Notes: generated by a model not told the origin, from the sequence alone. 63,708 bases of DNA from Promethearchaeota archaeon (GCA_016839585.1 JAEOTZ010000033.1:1-63708); one strand, 5' to 3'; positions 22,051 through 31,724 are shown, counted from the first letter of the stretch. Made by a program: numbers and translations.

Positions 22051-22814
22051 TAATTAGTGATTTAAAGATTTCTGTTAATAAAAAGAAAAATATTAAATTA
22101 ATTTATTTTTCTCAAGATAATTCAATTATTGTAAAAAGTTGGAATCTAGAGAACCATTTCAAATATGGAATTCCTGGTCGAAATATTAATTCTTGTCTAA
22201 TTTGTGGGCGGAAATCGCAAGATCAAGATTTATCTCCCTGTAAATTCCATCAAAATGTAGAGAATATAGATTTTAAATTGATTTTCGGAGGTTATTTCCA
22301 AACAAATGTAAATTTTAGTCCTCTAAATCCGTTAACTAGACGATTTTTAGAAATGGAAAATTATAGTACAGACTTATTAATCAGGGAATTTATTGAAATT
22401 TTAAAGATACGTTATAAGAAAGAAAAAGGTAATGAAGAATATTTTTGGGGATCATGGGTTCCAACAACAAATACAATAATGATAAAGATTGCAAAATTAC
22501 TATTACAAGAAATAGAATTATCAATTATAAATCCGGAGATTTATTGTAATTTCTCCCCGCAAATAAAGATATATAATCAAGATAGAAAATCAATGGTAAT
22601 TAAAAAATATCAACCTAAAAAAATAAATAACGAATTAAAATATTTAATAGAAAATAAGAATGGCATAATAATTGATGACTTATATCATCATGGTTATACT
22701 ATGGCAAGAATAATGGAATTATTATCTTCTTATAAAGTTAAGAAAATACTAGGAATCGTTATTGTGAGGACGACGGGTAAAAAAGGAATAAAAATAAAAT
22801 ACTTCCCTAAATAA
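22047..22814 (+). CDS. Zn-finger + phosphoribosyltransferase (ComF-like) protein
   Basis: IIIDDLYHHGYTM PRPP-loop-like motif. The frame is open upstream of the listed 22278 start back to 22026 and encodes CLICG...CKFH, so an ATA/ATT start at ~22047-22053 is likely. Confidence 0.7.
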   Translation: MIISDLKISVNKKKNIKLIYFSQDNSIIVKSWNLENHFKYGIPGRNINSCLICGRKSQDQDLSPCKFHQNVENIDFKLIFGGYFQTNVNFSPLNPLTRRFLEMENYSTDLLIREFIEILKIRYKKEKGNEEYFWGSWVPTTNTIMIKIAKLLLQEIELSIINPEIYCNFSPQIKIYNQDRKSMVIKKYQPKKINNELKYLIENKNGIIIDDLYHHGYTMARIMELLSSYKVKKILGIVIVRTTGKKGIKIKYFPK

Positions 22815-22942
22815 ATTCTAGAAAGTACTAGAAAAGAAAAAGCAAAAATTTCTTCATTGTAGATGTAATATTAATTTAAATTATTCTTCAATTATATATA
22901 TGATTGTAATTTATTGATACAATGAGTATTTATTTTTATTCT

Positions 22943-23380
22943 TCATATTAGATTTTGTGAATTTAAACAATTATTACATAGCACATCGCATTTTTGAATA
23001 TAAGGATTATTTCTCCCAACATGAAAAAACTCAACTTTCTTAAACTTTTCACATAATTCATGGATTTCATCACGTAAAACCAATAAATGCGAGAGATTTT
23101 CCCTATATAATCCATTTATTTGTCGCACAACAAGCTGACTATCAGAAAAAATCTTAATATATCCATTAGTATATTTTATAGCATCTTTTAAGGCATTCAA
23201 AATAGCTAAATACTCTGCTGTGTTATTTGTAGCTTTTCCAATAAAGAAGCTGTTTTAGTGGATTTGAATACCTTCTTTTACAAAAATGAATCCATATGAG
23301 GCAAGACCAGGTTTTCCCCGAGAGGCTCCATCTGTATAAATTGACAAGGTATTTTCCCGTTCTACATTATTTTTTCTCAT
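22943..23380 (-). pseudogene. rnhA: Ribonuclease HI with an in-frame TAA at codon 42
   Basis: YTDGASRGKPG ... IH*NSFFIGKATNNTAEY ... SDSQLVVRQ ... HVGRNN; stop at 23255-23257. Confidence 0.88.
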
Positions 23381-23451
23381 ATAATTTACCTTTATTTCTC
23401 AATGATTTGTATACACCCTATTCTATTCCTTAAATCAATATTAGCATTATT

Positions 23452-23952
23452 TTATCTTTTTTTCATTATTTCAGTAAGTTTACGATATGATAATGGACAG
23501 AAATTACTATTATCCACACTCACATCAAGTTGCATCCCTATTTGAGGTTTTTTTCCATGAGAATGTCCATGAAGACAATAAGAATTATAATTATAATTGT
23601 CAATATTAATAGGATAATGGCAAAGAGTTATCATTTGTCCATTTATTTTAATGACTTTTAAGCATGATACGGTAGCACAAAATTTATATGCTATTTCTAT
23701 AACTTCAAGAGAATCATGATTTCCAATTATGAAATGAATTTTAATATCCTTAAATTTTTCAAAAAATTCTAAAGCTACCTCTGTTTCGAATGTCAAATCT
23801 CCAAGATAATACAGAATATCACCAGTTTTAACACTCTTTTCCAAATTATAAATTATTTGTGAATTCATTTCTTCCACATTTTTAAATGGTCGATTACAAT
23901 ATTTGATAATATTTTTATGTGAAAGATGGTAATCTGCAGTAAACCAAATCAT
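23452..23952 (-). CDS. Calcineurin-like metallophosphoesterase
   Basis: DYHLSH, LGD, GNHD, CHYP and HGHSH motifs. Confidence 0.92.
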   Translation of the reverse strand: MIWFTADYHLSHKNIIKYCNRPFKNVEEMNSQIIYNLEKSVKTGDILYYLGDLTFETEVALEFFEKFKDIKIHFIIGNHDSLEVIEIAYKFCATVSCLKVIKINGQMITLCHYPINIDNYNYNSYCLHGHSHGKKPQIGMQLDVSVDNSNFCPLSYRKLTEIMKKR

Positions 23953-23994
23953 TGAGATTCTCGCTTTAATAATTATACATTCTTTAATTTTAAA

Positions 23995-24999
23995 TTAGAT
24001 GATTAAATGTGAATTATAATCTCGAATACCGTCATAAGTTATTGTGAAAACCGCATTATCATTAGGTAAATGTGGTGCTTCTACAATTTTAGCAATCCGA
24101 GTCGCTCCTCTTCCTTTTAATAATTCAATTTGAATAGATGAGTTATAAAACACAATACTCCCCCCAGCAGGTTTGTTTTTCTTGAGATTAGGATCATAGG
24201 TTACTTGATTTGTAATTACTATTGCTAACTCATTGAAAGATTTAAATAATTTCAATAAGTCAAGCATATGGGTATCTAACCTTTGTTGCCTTTTTAAAAA
24301 AATAGATTCTCCAATGTATTCACTACGGAAGTGACCTATTAAGGAATCTATTATTAATAATTTAATATTCTTCTTCTTAATTATTTTGGACGCTTCTCTT
24401 ACAAGATGTATTTGATGTTCACTGGAATAAGCTCGACCTACAATGATCTTTTTTAACACATGACAATAATCCATATTTAAAGCATCTGCCATCCAAATAA
24501 TTCTTTCAGGACGGAAGTTATTGTCAGTATCTAAATATAATGCACATCCTTCCATGCCTCCCTCGTCATATGGGCGTTGTGCATTTACGCAAAGTTGGTG
24601 AGCAAATTGAGTTTTGCCAGTTCTATATTCTCCAAATATTTGAACTAATTGCCCAGGTTGAATCCCTCCGCCCAATAATTTATCTAATTTTAAACACCCT
24701 GTTGAAATTCCTAAACATTTCTTTAGATTACTCCGATTTTTTTTTTCACAATGGTCTTTCAAAAATTCTTGTGCTTTTTTTATCAATTTAACTCCGATAT
24801 CAAAACTAATGCCTGTTTTTTTAATAACCAATATTGGCGTTATAGCCAATAATTTAACTGTATCAATCTGAGATTTTTGTAACTTATTTTTAATTGATTT
24901 TTTGATTTTTAATTCTTCTAATTTGAAATCTTCTTGATAATTTGATACAGAATTTAGCACTTGGAGTTCATGAGAGCTTAAAATATACATATTAGACAT
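23995..24999 (-). CDS. radA: RadA/Rad51-family recombinase (accessory paralog)
   Basis: ISTGC..LDKLLGGG, GEYRTGKTQ, FRPERI, IIDSLIGHFRSEY, RQQRL, TNQV and PAGG motifs, with an N-terminal HhH-like domain. Confidence 0.92.
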   Translation of the reverse strand: MSNMYILSSHELQVLNSVSNYQEDFKLEELKIKKSIKNKLQKSQIDTVKLLAITPILVIKKTGISFDIGVKLIKKAQEFLKDHCEKKNRSNLKKCLGISTGCLKLDKLLGGGIQPGQLVQIFGEYRTGKTQFAHQLCVNAQRPYDEGGMEGCALYLDTDNNFRPERIIWMADALNMDYCHVLKKIIVGRAYSSEHQIHLVREASKIIKKKNIKLLIIDSLIGHFRSEYIGESIFLKRQQRLDTHMLDLLKLFKSFNELAIVITNQVTYDPNLKKNKPAGGSIVFYNSSIQIELLKGRGATRIAKIVEAPHLPNDNAVFTITYDGIRDYNSHLII

Positions 25000-25046
25000 A
25001 TTTTACGACCACTTTATTTATTAAAATAACTAAATATTTAATTAAT

Positions 25047-25294
25047 CAAACAAAAACCCGCGTTAAACATCTAACAAGACTAGATTTCTTTCATTTCTTC
25101 ATTAATTTCCTAATGTTAAGCTCATTGTTGCAGCTCATCATCAGATCACTCGACAAGTTGTTTCATAGCGATTCGATAATCCACGAGTTATTGTTCTGTT
25201 CTGTGGAAAACCGAGAAACTTCAGACCTCTTGTGGCGGAACACCACAATACCCTATTCTTTATATAATAAAGAAAGGATAGCCGGGTATGTTTG
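25047..25294 (-). ncRNA. Candidate retron msr-msd RNA located downstream of the RT gene
   Basis: Terminal inverted arms CAAACAUACCCG (25294-25283) and CGGGUUUUUGUUUG (25060-25047); unpaired G at 25282; two stem-loops (25280-25249 and 25248-25230); then a ~170-nt structured region. Confidence 0.6.
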
Positions 25295-25340
25295 TTATAT
25301 ATCCATTTTTACACCTAATTGTGATTATGTGACTGAAATG

Positions 25341-26489
25341 TTATTTTGTGATTTTATCTTTAAATAAATATTTAAACTTCAATGATTTTAATTCGAGGAA
25401 TTCTTTGTAAAAATGAAGGTATTTTTCTTTGTTGACACCAATTGCATAACTGCACCGACCTTGGACATTCATCAATTTATTTAGTAGAATGTCTGATAAT
25501 TCTTTCTCACAGTCTACATTTCTTAATTCATGGAGAGCAGCTCGAAGTTTTTTTACCCATTTTCGAGGAAGTGTTAAATGTGATTCATGGGCAATAATTC
25601 CAGTAATCTTCTGTCTTTTTCTTGAAATGAACTCTTTTTGGTAGTTTATATAGAATCCTGATTCTTTAATCAACTCTCTTACTTTAAATCTTAATTCAGT
25701 TGGAACAATTTTCCTTGTTTTACTTGAAAAAGTAATATCATCAGCATACCTAGAGTATTCAAAATTATATTTACGAGCTAATTTATATAAAGCGTAATCC
25801 AATTCGGTTGAAATTAAATTAGAAATATATGGAGAGCTCGGAGCTCCTTGGGGAAGAATGCTCTCAGTATTTTTTAGTAATTTTAACTTCCCATTGGAAT
25901 GTTTACGTGGCAAATATGTAGTTAAATTGGTCAATAAAAACGATATAACTTCTGAATATCCAAATTTCGATTTATACATTTTAAATACATCGGTAAATTT
26001 AATCGTTGGAAAAAAGTTTTTTAAATCCAAGATGTAGATAACTTTAAAACCGTAATGTTGTTCTGCATTTTTTATATTAGATTTTGTTGGGATAAAACCC
26101 ATAGCAAATCGAGAAGATTTTACATTTAAAAGAATACCTTCATAAATTTTTTTTTGAATCTTTTTTAACTCGTCAACTGGAGTGATAATATATCGTTTTC
26201 CACCTGCCTTTTTTTTTATTGGAAATATCTTATATGAAGATTCAGCAGGAACAATTTCTTCTTTTACACTCCCATATCTTATTAAAGTTGAAAATTTTAT
26301 ATCCAGAAATTCTGCTAAATCAAAAGGTCTGATAAATATAGGTAATTTATGTGTGTTCAGAAATGTAAAATTCGGAACAATATCATTCATATATCTCCCA
26401 AATTGAGATAAATAATGCTCTGAAAAATGAAATCCACACCTTACCAAATAGTTTTGATGATATTGCGTTATGGTGGTCAAGATAATCAA
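25341..26489 (-). CDS. Retron-type reverse transcriptase
   Basis: IKKKAGGKRYI, NAEQH (retron NAxxH), LDLKNFFPTI, LPQGAPSSPYISN, YSRYADDITFS and QKITGI (retron VTG-like). Confidence 0.88.
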   Translation of the reverse strand: MIILTTITQYHQNYLVRCGFHFSEHYLSQFGRYMNDIVPNFTFLNTHKLPIFIRPFDLAEFLDIKFSTLIRYGSVKEEIVPAESSYKIFPIKKKAGGKRYIITPVDELKKIQKKIYEGILLNVKSSRFAMGFIPTKSNIKNAEQHYGFKVIYILDLKNFFPTIKFTDVFKMYKSKFGYSEVISFLLTNLTTYLPRKHSNGKLKLLKNTESILPQGAPSSPYISNLISTELDYALYKLARKYNFEYSRYADDITFSSKTRKIVPTELRFKVRELIKESGFYINYQKEFISRKRQKITGIIAHESHLTLPRKWVKKLRAALHELRNVDCEKELSDILLNKLMNVQGRCSYAIGVNKEKYLHFYKEFLELKSLKFKYLFKDKITK

Positions 26490-26707
26490 AATCTAATATC
26501 TATTTTCTAATTACTCCTTTCCTTCAACTATAGGTTTTTTTTAAATATTAAGAAATAGAAATGCATTTTATGTCCTGTAGATTGACCGAGATTTCTCTCA
26601 TTCACATAGATATTTATCTTCCCATTTTCCAGCTTCAAGATAATGTACTCCTCGATAATATATTCCTTACCAGCCATTTCAATCACATCTCACATCCTAT
26701 CCTTTTT

Positions 26708-27286
26708 TTACCTTCTAAATTCTTTTAAAAAATTATTTCCTTCAATTTTGACAATTTTTATTTTTATATTCGGGAAAAGAATGACTTCTTTTTCATTTAA
26801 TCCAATCGTTAATTCACAATTTTTTAGTAAAGTTAAAGCCCAATTAACATCTTTTTTAAAGACTAAACCCGTTATTTCATAATCTTCATCACAAACTTCT
26901 TCATATGGAGGAAATGAAGAATCCCTACTCCAAGCCCAAAATTCTGGAAAGCCCCCTTGACTCAAGGCAAACAACTCTTCTTTACAATTATTAAGAAAAT
27001 TATTCACATTTGTTAAATCCCAAAAACTATAGATTTTAAAAGGATCTGGGAATGATTGGAAATATTTAATTAAGTAATTAAATTGGTTTGTTATTTTCTC
27101 TTCAAGCATTTTCATGGCTTCCATTTTAGATATTTTTACGGTATATACAATATTCTCTATATGTGTTTTAAGCTGATCAGGATAAAAACATCTCCATTCT
27201 TTTAAAAATAACCTTAAATCTCTTTTCATATTCCCTACTTGCTGTATATTTACTTTTAAAAAATTAAAATCTCTATTATTTATCAT
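26708..27286 (-). CDS. Hypothetical protein, possible ADP-ribosyltransferase fold
   Basis: KIYS...WAWSR...ITGLVFKKDVNW...EKEVIL arrangement resembles R-S-ExE ARTs, but the first Arg is absent. Confidence 0.35.
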   Translation of the reverse strand: MINNRDFNFLKVNIQQVGNMKRDLRLFLKEWRCFYPDQLKTHIENIVYTVKISKMEAMKMLEEKITNQFNYLIKYFQSFPDPFKIYSFWDLTNVNNFLNNCKEELFALSQGGFPEFWAWSRDSSFPPYEEVCDEDYEITGLVFKKDVNWALTLLKNCELTIGLNEKEVILFPNIKIKIVKIEGNNFLKEFRR

Positions 27287-27320
27287 AATTGGAAAAACCT
27301 CGTTGCTTCAAGTTGATTAT

Positions 27321-27860
27321 TTATCTATTTTCCTCTATTTCAGTTATTCTCAATTGTTTAGATACCTTATGATAGATTTCAATCGCAATTAATTCTCTCG
27401 CTACTTGTATTTCAGCAGATTTGAATTGTTTTGAAGTAATAATTCCTTCCCATTCACTTTCTGCAAAATCATCATAATTTATTCCATATTCTTCCAAGAG
27501 GTGTTCAAAGATGTAATCTTGAACATTCGAGAGGATTATATATTTAGGATATTTAATGTAATACTTCCCATCTAACTTTTTCTTCTTAATAAATTTATTA
27601 ATAGAATTCGGCTGCTGATGTTTGATACAGTAAAGATATTTTTTTTCAACTTTGAATTCCTTTTGACTAAATGGCTTTAACACCCAAATCCAAATACTTT
27701 CAGCTCTTAATATTTCTCTTAATGATGAAATTTCTTTCTCAGTGATTTTTATATCAAATTTACTTTCTAATTTATATATATAATCATCCTCATCTTCACC
27801 AGTCTTTTTGGCAATCTTTTCCAATGCCAATAATATATCTTCAACATTATACTCATTCAT
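27321..27860 (-). CDS. Hypothetical protein
   Basis: 179-aa ORF, 4-bp overlap with the upstream gene. Confidence 0.75.
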   Translation of the reverse strand: MNEYNVEDILLALEKIAKKTGEDEDDYIYKLESKFDIKITEKEISSLREILRAESIWIWVLKPFSQKEFKVEKKYLYCIKHQQPNSINKFIKKKKLDGKYYIKYPKYIILSNVQDYIFEHLLEEYGINYDDFAESEWEGIITSKQFKSAEIQVARELIAIEIYHKVSKQLRITEIEENR

Positions 27861-28066
27861 TTTTCTCGACCCTCAGTTTGTTCAAACTCAACATAATAAA
27901 TTACTTCAGAATTTTTACCACACTCATTACAAGTGGCAGGGATGTGTAGAAAACCTGAAATAAATTTTAAGGAATTATAATCGTGATCCAAGCAAGATTC
28001 CTCCTTACAGTATGGACACACATCTGGCATTGACACCCTTGGGTGCTCTTCTTCATTACTCGTCAT
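27857..28066 (-). CDS. Small Zn-ribbon protein
   Basis: CPYC...CNECG. Confidence 0.75.
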   Translation of the reverse strand: MTSNEEEHPRVSMPDVCPYCKEESCLDHDYNSLKFISGFLHIPATCNECGKNSEVIYYVEFEQTEGREK

Positions 28067-28256
28067 TTATTTTCCCAGTTGTTTTGATTTTTATTATCTT
28101 TTTATCATTTAAAGCAAATTTTTAGCCTGAATCGGGAGAAGGGAGAATTTATATCTCCCTAACTTCCCTTGTGCTATCACCGCCTTATCCAGGTTAGACA
28201 ATACCATTTTATCAATCACTCTATTCATTTTTCTGTATTTGAGATTACTACAAATC

Positions 28257-28586
28257 TTAAAATTCAATCAAATGATTTTTTATTACATTAATAACCATCT
28301 TCTCAATTTGCTTCTTATTGAGCTTAAAATTTTTACTATATATGAGAAATTCAAGTTGATTATCTTTAAATCCCCACAATATCTCATCAAAATATTTTGG
28401 AAATAACTTTTTTAATGATTTATATACTTTTATCGAAATAGTATCCCCTAAACGTAATTTTCTATTATCTTTATCATGAGTGAGATTAAAACGTAAGACT
28501 TCTTCATAGCTCTTCACTATATGGATTTTATCTTTATAGATTTCTCTCCTTTTATTTTTCTTTAACACGTTATTATATTTTGACAT
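28257..28586 (-). CDS. Hypothetical protein
   Basis: 109-aa ORF with AGGAG SD. Confidence 0.7.
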   Translation of the reverse strand: MSKYNNVLKKNKRREIYKDKIHIVKSYEEVLRFNLTHDKDNRKLRLGDTISIKVYKSLKKLFPKYFDEILWGFKDNQLEFLIYSKNFKLNKKQIEKMVINVIKNHLIEF

Positions 28587-28653
28587 CTTATTACTCCTTT
28601 CTTATCTTAAATCGAAAATTGGAAGTTTACTTAAAGGGTAAAGAATATCTCAC

Positions 28654-28733
28654 CAAAAGACAAAAATCCAGGGCGTTAAGACCATTTCTTAGACTAAGAA
28701 TAATGCCTCTCCGAAAGTTGAAATGGTTCTTAA
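28654..28733 (-). ncRNA. Candidate structured RNA, copy C of the CCCUGGAUUUUU family
   Basis: Helix TTAAGAACCATTTC/GAAATGGTCTTAA followed by CGCCCTGGATTTTTGTCTTTTG; 20/20 identity with 15067-15086. Confidence 0.45.
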
Positions 28734-28883
28734 CCAAATGTATAGGGTTAACGTAGAATTTTGAGATCTTCCCTACTTTCCTTGCCAACTTCTCAACCTT
28801 ATGAAAAATATTAAAACCTCCTTTCCTTATTGTTTTTAATTCTTTTTTATTAGATATGAGCAAATATTTTATTGATTTCTTTT

Positions 28884-29273
28884 TTAAAACCCTTGAAATT
28901 TGGTCAATTCAATGAAATTTGATTTCCTATGAGTTTCTCGAAACTTTTCAAGAACATCTTTTAATAGTGGTTTGACTTTTTTCCTCACATATTTTTCGAT
29001 ATCTCTTTTGGTATTGCTTGTAATGGTATAGGCAAAGATATGGTGATCCTCAGTAGAGTTGTTAATTTTAATTTTTTCTTTAGAGAAAATAATAAGATAT
29101 TTTTTTGTAGGTAAGTATTCGATCTCTTGAGAAAAAGCTCTCTTGAAAAAAATGTCTATAGCAGAAATTACTGCAAATATTTGAGTTTGATTTATCAAAT
29201 AAATTTCCCTCTTTTTAAATGTGGAATTAACAATAAGCTTTCCATCAACAACAATTCCGGCTTCAAATATCAT
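28884..29273 (-). CDS. Longin/roadblock-like small protein, possibly truncated
   Basis: beta-beta-alpha-beta-beta-alpha pattern (IFEAGIVVDG...VISAIDIFFKRAF...LLKDVLEKF). Confidence 0.45.
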   Translation of the reverse strand: MIFEAGIVVDGKLIVNSTFKKREIYLINQTQIFAVISAIDIFFKRAFSQEIEYLPTKKYLIIFSKEKIKINNSTEDHHIFAYTITSNTKRDIEKYVRKKVKPLLKDVLEKFRETHRKSNFIELTKFQGF

Positions 29274-29282
29274 AATAGCTAT

Positions 29283-29567
29283 TTATTCTCTTGTTTTATC
29301 TTTCTTTTTATCTTTTTTCAAGGTTTTATAATATTCTTTAATCTTCTTCGGATCTTTCGAATTTAACATCGCTTCAGTAAAGCCATTCATTTCTTCAATG
29401 GCTAATATATTCTCATCTGAGATTATTTCAAGAAACTCCTTATAAAAATGGAGTTTGCAGTCTAGACATTCAATTATTTCTCCATAATCCTTGACATTTT
29501 TCTTTCCACAACGAGGACATTTTAGCTCATCTTCATTTCCTTCAGTATTGTTATTAGTTTTAAAGAT
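29283..29567 (-). CDS. Small Zn-ribbon protein, paralog of 10270-10518 (absent from the ORF track)
   Basis: Manual translation: ...LKCPRCGKKNVKDYGEIIECLDCKLHFYKEFLEIISDENILAIEEMNGF...; AGGTGA SD followed by ATC as the only plausible start. Confidence 0.75.
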   Translation of the reverse strand: MFKTNNNTEGNEDELKCPRCGKKNVKDYGEIIECLDCKLHFYKEFLEIISDENILAIEEMNGFTEAMLNSKDPKKIKEYYKTLKKDKKKDKTRE

Positions 29568-29604
29568 ATTTCACCTATTTTCATACGTTATTAATTTTCT
29601 TAAT

Positions 29605-29820
29605 TTATTCATTCTTCAAATTGTGGGTTGTTTCCTTTTTATTGCTCAAAATATCAAAATTTATTACTCTTTGTTTAAGGTCATACAATAAACTTTCAAT
29701 TGTGGCTGCTTTGGATTTACCTCCTTCTGTAAAAGTATCTTTATTGGTTAGCAAGAAATCTGTATATAAATCTATTATTTTTTCTAACTTCTTTAAAAAA
29801 ACTTCTTTGTAAATTCCCAT
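29605..29820 (-). CDS. Hypothetical protein
   Basis: 71 aa, GAGGT SD, part of a co-oriented run. Confidence 0.65.
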   Translation of the reverse strand: MGIYKEVFLKKLEKIIDLYTDFLLTNKDTFTEGGKSKAATIESLLYDLKQRVINFDILSNKKETTHNLKNE

Positions 29821-29871
29821 TATATAACCTCTTTTAATTGTAATTCTATAATTATTCTGTTAAACATCATG

Positions 29872-30135
29872 TTAACTTATTCTTTTATTTTCTCTATTGA
29901 AATGCACAAGAAAATCAAAATCTTGCATAAGTTCATTTAATTCTTTTACCTTGCCTTTCTTTAAAGCACATTTAAAATGAAATGTTATAAACAGGATCTT
30001 TTCTTTATCAGTATATAAATGGAAATGGTCAGGATAAGAAGGTCTTTCTATTATTTTTTTACAGATTTGACATTTGGTTGAATTTATATAATTTTTTCTG
30101 TCTAATACTAATTTTAATGCTTTTCTTCTTAACAA
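29872..30135 (-). CDS. Small Zn-finger protein (CxxC...HxxC)
   Basis: CQIC...FHFKC. Confidence 0.65.
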   Translation of the reverse strand: MLRRKALKLVLDRKNYINSTKCQICKKIIERPSYPDHFHLYTDKEKILFITFHFKCALKKGKVKELNELMQDFDFLVHFNRENKRIS

Positions 30136-30200
30136 CTTCTTAAACTCATTCCATACTCCTTCTTGTTTCTGAGGGGTGCTTTTTTCTTTGTTGTTTCTAA

Positions 30201-31418
30201 TTATATAAATACACCTCTCGAAGCTAATAATATTTTAATATTTTGCTCAAACGTCATTAAGGGAATGCCCGGAATTCCTATTATTGATTTATTTCCTTTT
30301 AAATCTTTGTTTTCTGCTTCTACAATAATGAGATTTTTATTTTTATATTCTTGAAGGTAATTCCATAATTTTGAATATGATAAAGGTTTCACTCCTATAT
30401 TTTTACATGTAGTTTCATATAGTTTTAAAGTTTCATTAAGCAGGATAAGGGACTTTTTACTTTTTTGCAGAGGATTCACAATGCTAAATAAGAATACTAA
30501 CTTCTGAAGATCCATTTCAGCCAAAATATTTTGAGTTTGGATGGGAAATAACTCTTGATTTGCTAGCTCAACACATTCTTCTGTGATTATTAAGAGGTTT
30601 TTGCTCTCAGCAATCTTCCCTGCTTTCCATAATAGGTTTAAACCATATCTAATATCACCTTTTATAAAAGTTGTATCAGATACCAATTTAATTAGATCAT
30701 CTGAAACTACTTTTTTTTTCAAGCTAATTCCTGCTCTGTATTTTATTATATCAAAAATCTGGTCTCTTGAATATTTAGCGAATCTAATGATATTTTTTTG
30801 GAGAGTACTTAATGTTCCAGAGTCCAAATCGTTTATACAAGATAAATCTTTAGCAATTCCAATAATAGAGAATTGGTGGGGGGTGTTATATGAATCATCA
30901 TTTAATCGGATTAAAGAGTAAATCAAATCTGTATCACTTTTAATAAGATAATCTAATTCATCTAATACAAGCAATAGATATACCTTCTTGATTTTAATGA
31001 ATTCCTCTACGATTCCTAAGAGATCTGAAGGGGAATACCCTCTTCTAGGAACTTTTTTATATATTGTCTTAGCAATCCTTAATAAAATATTATAGCTTGT
31101 TTTTTCACGACGACAATTAACAAATATGCAGTTAAGCGAAATCCATCTCTTCTCAGCAGCTCCTTTAAGATATTTTCCAAACAGCTTTACTGTCGTAGTC
31201 TTCCCTATTCCTGAGTCTCCTGTTACTAGAATATATTTTGATATTGAATTCTGAAGGGATAAAATAGGTAAGAAAAGCTGTGCTAATAATGATAATTCTC
31301 TTTCTCGATGAGGTAATTCATTTGGAAGAAAATTATTTTCTAATTTACTCTCATCAGCAAAAATTGATTGGTATCTTACCTTATCTAATAATTTGTTAAA
31401 TGATTCTTGCATTAACAA
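30201..31418 (-). CDS. cdc6: Orc1/Cdc6 replication initiator
   Basis: ELPHRERE, GDSGIGKTT, VNC, LVLDELD, GDIRYGLNLL and C-terminal wHTH. Confidence 0.95.
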   Translation of the reverse strand: MLMQESFNKLLDKVRYQSIFADESKLENNFLPNELPHRERELSLLAQLFLPILSLQNSISKYILVTGDSGIGKTTTVKLFGKYLKGAAEKRWISLNCIFVNCRREKTSYNILLRIAKTIYKKVPRRGYSPSDLLGIVEEFIKIKKVYLLLVLDELDYLIKSDTDLIYSLIRLNDDSYNTPHQFSIIGIAKDLSCINDLDSGTLSTLQKNIIRFAKYSRDQIFDIIKYRAGISLKKKVVSDDLIKLVSDTTFIKGDIRYGLNLLWKAGKIAESKNLLIITEECVELANQELFPIQTQNILAEMDLQKLVFLFSIVNPLQKSKKSLILLNETLKLYETTCKNIGVKPLSYSKLWNYLQEYKNKNLIIVEAENKDLKGNKSIIGIPGIPLMTFEQNIKILLASRGVFI

Positions 31419-31695
31419 CCTTCCTTATGATTAAAAAAATGCATAAATTTTATCTGATGTGAATTAATTTCTGCTGAGAATATACCAATTTCTTTTAACA
31501 AAAGTTTAATTTGGATTTCTAATCCTCTGTTAAATGCAATTTCAGTTTTACTGAAAATTCCTAGTATTTTTTTTATTAATTTACAATCCTTACCCATTTC
31601 TAATCATATACCTAAATCATAAGAGATTTTAATAACTTACAGCGAATTTTTCAGATATAACTTCATTTAAATCATTAATAACCCCTGATATTATT

Positions 31696-31724
31696 GTTAG
31701 GGGGGAATTAATACCCCCCTTAAC
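31696..31724. promoter_or_regulatory. G/C-string inverted repeat upstream of cdc6, next to a very AT-rich 500-bp tract (candidate element origin)
   Basis: GTTAGGGGGG-AATTAATA-CCCCCCTTAAC. No canonical ORB core was seen. Confidence 0.35.

Noticed and set aside
25113-25367. 84-aa plus-strand ORF
   Set aside because: Antisense to the candidate retron ncRNA, with no coding features.
25341-26489. Group II intron or DGR reverse transcriptase
   Set aside because: NAxxH and ITG motifs are retron-type; no maturase domain, domain V hairpin or TR/VR repeat pair was seen.
28627-28863. 78-aa ORF
   Set aside because: No protein-like features; it overlaps a structured element whose nucleotide motif recurs in non-coding loci.
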